Source: Squalus acanthias (taxonomy: Eukaryota). Taken from it: 64,000 bases of DNA. The notes beneath the pieces were generated by a model. That model did no database searches. It worked only from the letters and a program-made list of their open reading frames with translations, and was not told where the DNA came from. Numbering within the stretch: position 1 is the stretch's first letter; every line of letters starts with the position of its first letter. Where the stretch lies: positions 63,366,001-63,430,000 of the forward strand of contig CM059438.1 in the NCBI GenBank assembly GCA_030390025.1, in the 5' to 3' direction. This document shows positions 48,400 to 59,862 of this stretch, piece after piece. The position numbers and the translations under genes are program-made.

Positions 48400-50640
48400 C
48401 AGGACTTGGCAGTGGACTTGGCAGTCGGTCAGCCATCACCGACCCTCTCCGCATCTCCCTCCAGAACGTCCGTTCACTTGCGAACAAGGCCCTTACCATC
48501 CATGAGCTTATCGTGGATGATTGCATTGACATCATGGCCCTGACGGAAACTTGGTTGAGGGGTGATGACACCTTACCCTTAAATGAAGCCTCCCCGCCTG
48601 GCTATACCTTCCACCACTTGCCCTGCTCAGACCGCCGTGGTGGCAGTGTGGCTCTCACCACCAAATCACACCTTGGTCTGTCCCCCTACTCCACCGGCAC
48701 TTTCTCCTCCTTTTAGCATCTCACCTTATTCCACTCTTCTCACCCCTCATTTCAAATTCTTGTTCTCTACCGCCCACTTAAGTACCACAAAAAACTTTAT
48801 TACTGAGATATCTTCACTGCTTTCCTCCCTCAGCCTCTGCACCGAACGACTTCTCATCCTTGGTGATTTCAACCTCCATCTCAATTCATCATGCTCTCTC
48901 TCCTCTAAGTTCACTAGCCTCCTATCCCTTAATCTTTCCCTCCATGTAAACTCCCCAACCCATATTCATGGACACCCCCTCGACCTTGCCATCTCTCGTG
49001 GCCTCACTACACCCATCGTGTCAATCGCAGATAAGGCCATCTCTGACCACTTCCTCGTATCGCTCTCCACCCACATCCCCCTTCCACCGCCCCCAACCCA
49101 TCTTCCTTCTGCATCTGCCCATGGAAATAATTCTCTCCCAACTCTCTTACAACTGCACTTATTAAATCCCAACTGTTCAGCCTTTGGCCCTCCATTCACC
49201 ACAATATTTCTGCAGCTACCGATCTGCTCAACCACACCCTCACCACCACCTTTGGTGCCCTAGTCCCTATGAAAACAACTATCTCTCTCACCCTGGCCGT
49301 TCCCCCTGGTATGGCCCTCATCTTCGCTCCCTTAAGTCCAAGGGACGCAGACTTGAACGGATATGAACTGGCTTAGCCATTCACCGCCAGATCTGGCTGG
49401 ACCACATAAAGCATTATTGGGTCCTGCTCTCGTCTGCCAAAAGTGCTCACTACTCCAGAATCATTCTGGAATGCAAAGATAAACCCCGGCTCCTATTCTC
49501 CACTGCTAACCGTCTTCTTAAACCCTTCTCCCCGTCTCCTCCACCCTCACCTCCAACAACAAGTGTGAGGAGCTCATGGACTTCTTTGTCTCTAAGATTG
49601 AGAGCATCCGTTCAGCTGCCTCTGCCACTTCCCTTCCTTCCCCTAGCCCACTGGGCCAAACTTCCTCTAATGTTCCCCCTGCCCTAGCCCTGAACTCACA
49701 TCTTTCTCCAGTTTCTCTTGGATCTCCCGTCATAACCTCTCCGCGCTCATCTTGTCTATGAGACCCACTTCCTGCTCCCTCGACCCTATTCCCACAAAAC
49801 TGCTGACCACCCAACTTCCTTTTCTGGCTCCCATGTTAGCTGATATTGTTAACGGTTCACTCTCCTCAAGTACTGTCCCCCTCTCCCTCAAATCTACTGT
49901 CATCACCCCTCTCCTCAAAAAACCAACCCTGGACCCCTCCGTCCTTGCAAACTACCACCCCATCTCCAACCTCCCTTTCCTCTCCAAAGTCTCCAAAATC
50001 TGTGCCCATCTTTGCCGCAACTCCATGTTTGAATCCCTCCAATCAGGTTTCCGCCTTTGCCACAGCACTAAAACGGCTCTCATCAAAGTAGCAAATGACA
50101 TCCTTTGTGACTGTGACAAAGGTAAACTATCCCTCCTCGTCCTTCTTGACTTGTCTGTAGTCTTTGACACGGTTGACCACTCCATCCTTCTCCAACGCCT
50201 CTCCATCATCGTCCAGCTAAGTGGGACTGCACTCGCCTGGTTCCATTTTTATCTATCTAATCGTAGCCAGAGAATCACCTGCAACGGCTTCTCTCCCCAC
50301 TCCCACATCGTTACCTCTGGTGTCCCCCAAGGATCTATCCTTGGCCCCCTCCTATTTCTCATCTACATGCTGCCCCTTGGCGACATCATCCAAAAACACA
50401 GCACCAGTTTCCACAAGTACGCTGATGACACCCAGCTCTACCTCACTACCTCTTCTCTCGACCCCTCCCCGGTCTCTAAATTGTCAGACTGCTTGTCCGA
50501 CATCCAGTTCTGGATAAGCAGAAATTTTCTCCAATTAAATATTGGGAAGACCGAAGCCATTGTTTTCGGTCCCCGTTCCCGAGCCACTGACTCCATCCCT
50601 CTCCCTAACATCTGTCTGAGACTGAACCACACTGTTCGGA
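48400..50640 (+). pseudogene. L2-clade LINE ORF2 (APE endonuclease plus RT), disrupted and 3'-truncated
   Basis: LQNVRSL, LTETWL, LGDFN, GHPLDL, ISDH, LDPIP, QSGFR..HST.TAL, GVPQGSILGP, YADDTQLY motifs across frameshifts. Confidence 0.92.
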
Positions 50641-50645
50641 ACTGT

Positions 50646-51306
50646 GGGGGGAAAAATTGGGTGGCGCCCCAAGCTAACGTCGCCGTGGCGCTAATTTTAG
50701 CCCCCTGAAAACGTTAGCGCCACTCCGCCGGAAATTCAATAGTAGCGCCCCAAGCAGGAGGCGGGGCGCTACTGGAAGCGCTCCACCTTCTTCTTGGGGC
50801 ACAACAACTGAAGTTCGCGGCGCTGCGTGCAATAGCGCCACGCGCGTCGGCACGTAGCGCCACGTCATTGCAGGCCTCCTCCGCTGATGAAAGGGGAGGG
50901 GCCTAGAGCTGCGCGCACCAGGGCCCTGCTGGACCACCGGGGAGTGAGGTGCCAGGAAAACAGCCCGACACTATAGAGGAGTACTGGGCTGAACGATTGC
51001 GGCCGGCACCCCGATGGAAAAAAGGGGAAGGGGGCAGGTGCTGGCAGTCGGCCGAAATAAAAAAAATGGCCGCCTGACACCTGCCCATTTAAGTACCGCC
51101 GCTGCCGCTGCAAAAACGTCCCCTGATCCTGTTGGACATATCGTCCGGCGATAGGTCAGGGGGTGCAAGGGAAGTTTGCGGCCGGGGCGCTGCGCATGGT
51201 GATGATGTCATCGCCAGCGGCGCAGCGCGCAGGGCGCTACCAGCTACCACCGCCGCTAACCCGCTGAATTTCGCGGGAGGCGTTAGCAGCGCCACGCCCG
51301 GGCGCA
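50646..51306. mobile_element. Non-autonomous Harbinger derivative, one end missing
   Basis: TIR GGGGGGAAAAATT; many TTAGCGCC/GGCGCTA motifs; right part resembles the reverse complement of the Harbinger transposase-side subterminal region; shares its interior with 59125-59366. Confidence 0.75.
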
Positions 51307-51939
51307 AGGGGATTGTTGTTGTTGTTGTCGTTGACTTCGGCTCATCCTAATATTGTGCATGCGCAGAATATATTACGCAAGGTCCCATAACTAGAGGGTA
51401 GAGCAGTGTTGCAGGTACGAAGGTAAGCCTAATCTTCTTGAGGCTCATCCAGTTGGCAATACTGGTTGATAAGCCACCTATAGTAGGCTGTGCGGGTTGA
51501 TTATCTTTCTATTGACCTATGCTATGAAAGGCCACTTAGATTTTGTGGAAAATTTCAGAACATATAATTGTCTGGACAGTAACATAAACACTGATCTATA
51601 GAAAATTCATGTTTGAAGCCTTATTTCAACTGCTGCCTGTAATAAACAGATGTGATTTATTTACCAAGTGCTCTTTCTATTTACTCAGTGCTATATTTTC
51701 CTGACTGTTCTAAATGTCATCATCATTTCTTTGTATTTGCTTTCTTCCCCAACAGAAATACAATTGTCTATAATCGCAATTCGAAGAGGGATGTTAGAAA
51801 AATCATCATAAGCAAATTCACAAAAAGGCAAATCTGCGTAAAAACTGTGTTTGGGAAAATGATTTTCATTTCTAATAGAAGTTGAGGTTTAATTTCTAAA
51901 TGTATAATATAAATATACCATTAATTTATTGATTTTGAT

Positions 51940-52660
51940 ATATATATTAATGACCTGGGCTTGAGTATAGGGGACACAATTTAGAAGTTTGCAGATGATT
52001 CAAAACTTGGAAATGTAGTAAATGTAGTAGCAGACTTCAGGAGGACATAGGCAATGGGCAGACACATGGCAGATGAAATTTAATGCAGAGAAGTGTGAAG
52101 TGATTCATTTTGCGAGCAAGAATGAGGAGAGGCAATATAAACCAAATGGTACAGTTTTAAAGGGGGTGCAGGAACAGAGAGACCTGGGCTTTCACATACA
52201 CAAATCTCAGGGATGAGGAACTCCAGTTATGTGGAGAGACTCGAGAAACTGGGATTGTTCTCCACAGGACAGCGAAGGTTAAGGGGCGATTTAATCGAGA
52301 TGTTCAAAATTCTGAGACGCTTTGATAGAGTAAATAGGGAGAAACTGTTTCCACTGATGGGAGGGTCGATAACCAGAGGACACAGATTTAAGATAATTGG
52401 CAAAAGAACCAGATGAGAATGAGAATATTTTTTATGCAGCGAGTTGTTGTGATCTGGAATGCACTGCCTGAAAGGGCGGTGGAAGCAGATTCAATAGTAA
52501 TTTTCAAAAGGGAATTGGATAAATACTTGAAAAGGAAACATCTGCAGGGCTATGGGGAAAGAGCAGGGGGGAGTGGGACTAATTGGATAGCTCTGCCAAA
52601 GAGCCGGCACAGGCACGATGGGCCGAATGGCTTCCTTCTGTGCTGTAGGATTCTATGATA
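51940..52660 (+). mobile_element. CR1 RT/3' fragment with internal deletion
   Basis: FADD-like region then YVERLEKLGLFS..RRLRGDLIE and 3' UTR. Confidence 0.85.
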
Positions 52661-53900
52661 AGGTAGAGGTTCGATAATGAACTGAGAATATATCGTCTCT
52701 AGTATCTACAAGGCATAAGATTACAATGCCAGTACGTATTCTTCCACTTTAAACAAAACGTTTTTGTGAACAAGTATTTAGGAAGATGTGTGCATGCGGT
52801 GATTTAACAAGAGAAGCAAGGAACAAGTGGCAGAAAATGAATTTATTTTATTAAATGCTTGAGATTGCACAGAAAAGGAAAAAGGAGTTTGAAATTGGAG
52901 CGATTGGAGTCAAAGTAAAAGTGACGGTTTTATTTTAAAAATGAAAGTCTAACAAATGTGGCTCTTATCCTCACTAAAATGTCAGTAGCACTATACACTC
53001 TCCTGGCTTATTTGGTTCCACACTTGATAAAACCACAGATTAACTTAATGGTTACAGGGTATTTTTTTTCAACAGCATTTTTCTCGACACAATGCAGCAT
53101 TTTCATTTTGCATGTTTATTAGTTTCACCTCAACACACTCATTTTGGATTGTTCTGAGTTTTCGATTTCAATTAGTTCAAGGCCCATGGAGTTGCTCAGG
53201 GTTGTATTAATGGGACAACGCCAGCACAGGAGTGGAAGGCGGTAAAGATTTATGGCTGGGCTGCATTTCAACAGCAGGACAAAAAACAATCAAGACATTT
53301 GTATAGGGGAAAAGAAAGAGAAAGCACAGCGAAAGAACAGGAAAAACAGGCAAGGAAAAGAAACACAGTACACTTTAAATGCTGGCAAATGTACCCAAAA
53401 ACATGCAGAAAGTCAAAATTTCCTGGGGCAGGGGTATGCCTACAGACCCGTAGAAAATCAATTTTGCACAATCAGCACTCCTTCATTCTTCAAAAATTTC
53501 TAAATCCATAACTGCAAAAATGACACTTTATTGTACTTTATTTGTCCCCATGTAATACAAGATGGAATGTAGGTCATAGCTGGTGACCAGTTCATGTCCC
53601 ACCGAACTACTGCAAATAATTCTTTTTGTATATCAGAAGTGAGATCATTGGGTTTGAGTTTTCACAGAACAATAAACAATTGCAGAATGTGATCCCAAAA
53701 CACCAATAAAATCCTGAAAAATGGTGTAATAAAATGGAAGTAAACTTATGCAGTCACCTTGAAGCAGTGGCCTTGGTCCTGGATCTTTATTGAAGACTAT
53801 TTGTCAGTTGTACTTTGTTTCCTTCGAGGTGTCAGCTGTCAGTCTGCTTTTCTGAGTTTAGTAGGCGGGCATCTATCATTCAGACTCAGTGAAATGGCCC

Positions 53901-54255
53901 AACAACAACAACAACTTGCTTTTATATAGCGCCTTTAAAGGAGTAACACGTCCCAAGGCACTTCACAAGACAAAAAAAAATTGAAACCGAGCCAAAGAAG
54001 GAGACGTTAGTGAGCAAAAGCTTGGTCAAAGAGGTAGGTTTTGAGGAGCGTCTTAAAGGAGGAGAGGCTTTGGGGAGGGAATTCCAGAGCCTCGGGCCGA
54101 GACGGCTGAAGGCACGGCCGCCAATGGTGGGGCGAAAGAAATTGGGGATGCGCAAGAGGCCAGAATTGGAGGAACGCAGAGCTGGCCTGGAGAAGGTTGC
54201 AGAGATAGGGACGGGAGAGGCCATGGAGGGATTTGAACACAAGAATGAAGTTGGG
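53901..54255 (-). mobile_element. L2 LINE 3' end
   Basis: GGRAFS.LGPRLWNSLP, FKTLLKTYLF motifs and (GTT)n tail on the minus strand. Confidence 0.85.
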
Positions 54256-54257
54256 AT

Positions 54258-54482
54258 AACCACAGAAAATGCTGGAAACACTCAGCAGGCCAGACAGCAT
54301 CCGTGGAGAGAGAAACAGAGTTAACGTTTCAGGTCTGGGACTCTTCATCAGAACTGGAAAAAGCTGGAGATGTAACATTTTAAGCAGGTGCAGAGGCAGG
54401 AAGGGGTGGGGGGACGGAGTTGGGAAGGGAGGAAGGAATTGAAAGAATATTCTGTGCTAGGGTAGGAGGCAGGAAAGATAAA
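54258..54482 (-). mobile_element. Penelope-like terminal remnant (family B)
   Basis: Homologous to 8215-8400; contains a hammerhead core. Confidence 0.6.
54319..54355 (-). ncRNA. Minimal type I hammerhead ribozyme motif
   Basis: Minus strand: AGTT-CTGATGA-AG-AGTC/cca/GACC-T-GAAA-CGTT-AACT. Confidence 0.6.
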
Positions 54483-55241
54483 GGGCCAGAAATTCAGCTC
54501 TCCGGCTTCCTGCGGGCGCAAGCATCGCGCGCGTACTTGCCTACCGCGCCTGCCATTGTGCTTCGGGCCCACGAGGTCTTCGGCTCCTGGGCCTCCTGCA
54601 GCTGCTGGTGGGCAGTGCTTGCGTATCCCAGGGGCGCAGTTAGTTCGAAGCGTCCCCATGGATCACGTGGGCCGTGGAGAACCAATCGGAGCAGGGCATT
54701 TTCATTCATAGATTTGACAGGAAGAGCTGTCAAATCTATGAATAGAGATCGGCCCCAAAACCACAATGAAACTTCAAATAAATTTTTTTTAAATCACATT
54801 TTTAAAATAACTATAAGTTACATAAATTTACTTTAAACAAAAATTTAAATTTTTGAAAAAATTAATTATACTTTTTAACGGTGCTAAAAATAAACTTACC
54901 TTTCTTTAAAGTATCTAAAAAAGATAAACCTGTTGAAAAATGTTTTAAATTGTAATTAATTAACCACTTACCTTGTTAAAAACAGGCCTTGCGCCTCCTT
55001 TTTAAAAGTGCAGCTTCTCCATACTTACCCTCCCGGAGAAACCTGAAAAAAAACCCGAAGTTCGCTGCGTGCGCGCTGCCTCTCCCGCGCACGCGTTCGA
55101 CTTCTGAACCCCTCCCTTCAGGGGAACGGAAGTTCCGGTTTCCTGCGCATGCGCAGCGCATGCGTGAAACCGGCACTTCAGGTGGCCTTACGGGTGAGTA
55201 CACAACGTGTACTCACCCGACAAGAGCCGAATTTCTGGCCC
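54483..55241 (-). mobile_element. Non-autonomous Harbinger-type element (hairpin-rich family), copy 2
   Basis: Perfect 13-bp TIRs GGGCCAGAAATTC / GAATTTCTGGCCC; same architecture as 27405-28148 in reverse. Confidence 0.88.
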
Positions 55242-55282
55242 ATTATGTTGCAAATGGGGATGGCAAAATCATACAGCCTGAA

Positions 55283-55870
55283 GATCCCTGGGATCACGTG
55301 GGCCATGGGGAGCCAATCACAGAAGGGAATCTCCCTTCATACGCTTGACAGGAAGACCTGTCAAATATATGAATGGAGATCACCCCAAAAACATAGCAAA
55401 ACTTTAAATAAATTTAAAAAAAAATCACATTTTTAAAATGACTTGAAATTACAATAAATTAAGTATTTTAAACAAAAATTTTATTTTTTGAAAAAATAAT
55501 TAAAGCTTTTTACGGGGCTAAAAATATACTTACCTTTTTTTAAAGTATTTTAAAATGATAAATCAGTGAAATTAAAAAAAAAAACTTTTTTCAACTCTTA
55601 TCCTGGTAAAAGCAGGCCTTACACCAGCTTTTACCAGGCATAAGAATTTTAAGGGTTTTCTGCGGGCGGAGGGTCTCCAAAAAGCGGAAATATCCGCCCC
55701 CAGAGGCCCTTCTCCAGGGCAGCCGGAGGATCTGTCAAGACCATTCTTGACAGATCGGAAATGCCGGTTTCCAGCGCATGCGCTGTGCCTGCCTGAAACC
55801 GGCATTTCCGATGTCCCTACAGGTGGGTACACAGCCCGTACACACCCGTAGGGATCGGAATATCTGGGCC
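55283..55870 (-). mobile_element. Hairpin-rich family element, copy 3 (one end missing)
   Basis: Colinear with 54655-55241; ends GAATATCTGGGCC. Confidence 0.8.
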
Positions 55871-56019
55871 ATTATTTTTTAATATTGCTGTGTATGTGCA
55901 TGTGTGCTGCGTACTTCCTAACAGACGGTGTGATTTTACTTCGTTTTTTTTTAAAAGGGACAATGTTTTGACAAAGCAGGGAGGCAGACCTGTTTCTCTT
56001 TCAACATGTATAGAAGAAT

Positions 56020-58133
56020 AAATAAATTAAAAAACAATTAAGAAGGCAAAGAGGAACTATGAAATTAAATTATTAAGGAACATAAACCAAAATTGTGAAA
56101 TATTCTGTCGACATTTAATAAAACAAGGAAAGTTGGGATGGGAATAGGGCCACTAAGGAACGGACAGGATAAAATCACAGGCATCGATAGCAAAATGGCA
56201 AAAATATTAAATAATTAATTTTCTTCAGTATTTACCAGGGAGACAGATCAGGTGGATATGACATCAGAAGATGAGATTAGAAATGATATAATCGCATTTA
56301 AAATAAAAAGAGGAGAAATATTAAATTAATTAATTAACAAAATTAGGGGAAGAACCAAACTAGAGGTCATCAATATAAGATAGTCACCAAGAAATCCAAT
56401 GGGGAATTCAGAAGAAACTTCTTTACCCAGAGAGTGGTGAGAATGTGGTGTAAAGGAATAGCCATATTTCAGAAAAAATACACCATCCTATGAAAGAATT
56501 TTGATTATTAAAACATAACAAACTGGGTATAAAAATCTGGAAGCCTTAACAAGCTAAAGCTGTAAATACAGGCTTCTGAGATAAGATGAGTCGTTAACAC
56601 AAAGCTGTAAACACCATACAAGCTTTTGAAATGGGAATTGGTTGTTGACACTGAAACAATGGCCCTGTTGAAGTAGTAGGGTTGGAGCTTCCAAGAAGTC
56701 TGCAGTTCGGAAAGAACACAATAGCTATACCCAGTTTAAAGTGTTATAAACTAACACTTCGAACAGAAACACAGAACATTAAAGAACCATATGCCTTCAT
56801 AAATATGACATCAAATGAAGGACAGGAGACATAATTCTTGGTACAACCAATTGAAGTAGCTAGGGGGACAATGAGATACCCGGTGGAAGTGTTTTTAATT
56901 TACATGTTGTAAAAGATACAAACAGAAGACTTTGTAAATATGACATCAATAGATGCACCAAGCAATTACATTGTGTTTGTATTGAACTTGGAACAGTTAG
57001 GAGACACGATGTCTGCTTATAACCAGCTGAGCTGATTTAAGAATTGAATAGAGGACCTTCGTAAGAATGGCATCAAATAGATGCCTCTATTATAACCGTT
57101 TTTTAAGATAAGTTTTGAACACCTAAAGGTAGAGACACAAGTCTGCAAGCTAACAGCTGAACTGACAGTAAGAATAGAAAGAAGTCAACAGAAATATAAC
57201 TAGAGATAATTAGCTTACATCAGCAGAAAACTTCAAAGGATATACCACTGAAAAAAGGGTATAAAGATAGGATTTTCAAATGGGAAAACAGAATTCGCTG
57301 GAAGGGGTAAGTGATTCTCAACTTCAGAGGCAAGCTCTGTAAGTTTTCAACTCTTTGAGTCTTGGGTGATCAAAGGTACTTGTATTTGATTTTGGTGGAT
57401 ATCCATGATTAAGAATAAGTAGAAATGTAAAAATGTAACAAAGTTAAGATTTGAGAATAAGGATCTCTGAGAATGAGAATTGTAAGCTATTTGTTTTTAG
57501 AACTGTTAATGTTACGAATGAATCACCAGCTGTTAACTACATGTCGGTTCTTTAATAAATCTATATATTTTTAGAATTGTCTCACATAGTACTTCTGTAT
57601 CAAACTCGCAAACTCAATCTCTGTACACTCTTTGGTGAGGAGTTGCAGAATTCTGGGGGAGTTTTCCGGACCCTCATAATATCCGGAAGGTTACAGTCTA
57701 GTTAAACTTATTAAAAGTGCTATCTGGAGGACGGTAACATCTTCAAGTCGTTCCTTTCCTTTAGGGAGAGATAGTCTGGACCTTTAGACCCAATTAAGCG
57801 TCTTATAGGATTCGGCTATCTCTAACTTTAGTTGAAGGTGAACGTCTGGGGAATATGCCTGATCCGGGGTGGCCCGAAAAGGGCTAGGACTAGTAATTAT
57901 CCCTTCAGTGGAACTCGCTACCACAGGGAGTGGTTGAGGCCAATATTATAGATACATTTAAGGGGAGGCTAGATAAGCATATGAGGGAGAAAGGAATAGA
58001 GGGTTATGCTGATAGAGTTAGATAAGGAAAGACGGGAGGAGGCACGTGTGGAGCATAAACGCCGGCATGGACTGGTTGGGCTGAATGGCCTGTTTCTGTG
58101 CTGTATAGCCTATGTAATCCTTTGTAATGTAAT
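56020..58133 (+). mobile_element. Degenerate CR1 split by a solo LTR
   Basis: ..GAGAATGTGG | insertion | GTGGAACTCGCTACCACAGG.. reconstitutes the CR1 sequence seen at 7729-7755. Confidence 0.85.
56449..57907 (+). mobile_element. Solo LTR (1459 bp) of an endogenous retrovirus or LTR retrotransposon
   Basis: TG..CA ends, 4-bp TSD GTGG, TATAAAG at 57260, AATAAA at 57554, no ORF. Confidence 0.88.
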
Positions 58134-58286
58134 TTGACCATGACTCCTCTGTTTGAATTCTTCTGGTTGTTTCTGTGCATGTTGAAAATGCAGGGAGACT
58201 GCTACAGGATTAATAGTCACCCTTTCAACTTGGAGATTGCATGGCCTACCCACCATGGGCTCCTGTCTACACTGAAAAAACACAAA

Positions 58287-59001
58287 GGGGGGAATTTTAA
58301 CCTAAAAAAAACCGGGTGGGTTGGGATAGTTAAAGTGTTAAAAATCTGAACCCGCCTCCAACCCACCCACTTGCGGTTTTAACGGGGTGCAGGCAGCCAA
58401 TCCGCTGCCAGGAAGCGGGTCGTCTATTTAAATATTACAATGAGGCGGGAAGCCGCTACTTTAACCTCCATTTTGTATTTAACTTTAGCTGGTTGGGTTT
58501 TGCACACTTCGTGAAACCCGCCAGCTAAAGTAAGGCGAGGACTGCTGCATCCAGGAGGTAAGTGCCTTCTGGATCCAGGGTCCCTACCTAACCCAAGCCC
58601 CGCGATCGGAGACCCCCTCAGGCCTCCGATCCCCCCACTAGGCCTCCTCCCTCCCCATGCTCCTCTGGCCCCCGATCCTCGGGATCCCCCCTCCCTGCTG
58701 CTTTGGCGGCTCCACGGGCCCCGATCGATTTTCAGACCCCCCTGCTACTATGGCCGCTCCACAGCCCCCATGCAATCCCACCTCCCTCCTCTGCGCAGCC
58801 TAGTGCCGCAGGCCTACCCGTCCGGAGCCAGCCAGCCTCTCAATCTGGCTGGCTGCGGGTGGGAAACAGAGGCTTCCCATTCAAATCTGGCCCTGCCGTT
58901 AAATTTGACAGGGCCTGCGGGAAACCCGCTCTCCCAGGTTTACTGACCGCCTCGGACCCTCCCTCCGCCCCCAACCCCTCTTCCCCATTAAAATTCAGCC
59001 C
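58287..59001. mobile_element. Non-autonomous Harbinger-type element
   Basis: TIRs GGGGGGAATTTTAA / TTAAAATTCAGCCC; AAA/AAA flanks. Confidence 0.8.
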
Positions 59002-59124
59002 AAAATGTCTAATCACATCATTTATGCTAAAACCAGTAGTCGAATTTAGTTGCAAGATTTAGAAATTAATCTTGAAGCAAAAGGCTAATCGGCAATACAA
59101 TACTTGACTTATACAATACTCTTA

Positions 59125-59366
59125 GGGGGGAAAATTGAGCCATGCCCCCTTTGGGGTGCTAACTTCGCCGCCTGAAAAAATTAGCACCCCCGCGGGCGAA
59201 ATTGAATGGTAGCACCCCAAGAGGGAAGCGGGGCGCTACTGGAAGCACCCCACCTCCCTCTTGGGGCGCTGCGAGGGAATATCGCGGCGTTACGTGCCTA
59301 CGTGCAGGCCTTCCTCCCCTTAAAAGGTGCTAACGGGAGGTGAAAAGCAACCGAATTTTTCCCCCC
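59125..59366. mobile_element. Harbinger MITE (~240 bp)
   Basis: TIRs GGGGGGAAAATT / AATTTTTCCCCCC, flanks TTA/TAA; right end is the reverse complement of the autonomous element's left end. Confidence 0.85.
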
Positions 59367-59862
59367 TAAACTTCCTTGGAAATCATAACATCTGGGTGGG
59401 AGAAATTCGATTGGTTAGCGCCTCCCGTTAGCGCCTCCGGGGGGGCGCTAACGACTTACCGCCCGAGCGCGGCGATTTTAGTGCCGCCCGCGAAATTGAC
59501 CTGGGGGTTTGCGGTGGCGCTAAACACTACCGCCATGATCTCCTGCGCCCGGAGATCGTGACATCATCGAAGCGCGCATTGTTCCGGTAGCGTCCCGGAT
59601 TGGAAATTGATTCTCGCCCCCTGCCTCAGCACCTGCCGCGAGGAACGACAGGTAGAGGGGCTGGGAGCTGGGAGAGCGCTATTTAAAGGCATGCGCTTCC
59701 TGCTTTTTCCTGTCAGCAAAAGATTCTGCATACGCAGGTTGAGAGAGGGAGAGAGGCGTTTGGAGACATTTAACGCTATACTACAAGGAGTTTTGTTCGT
59801 CAGCAAGACTTTTCAGGTTCCCATTTCTGTCAGCTTTATTACTACCACATTTAGAAGAGTTA

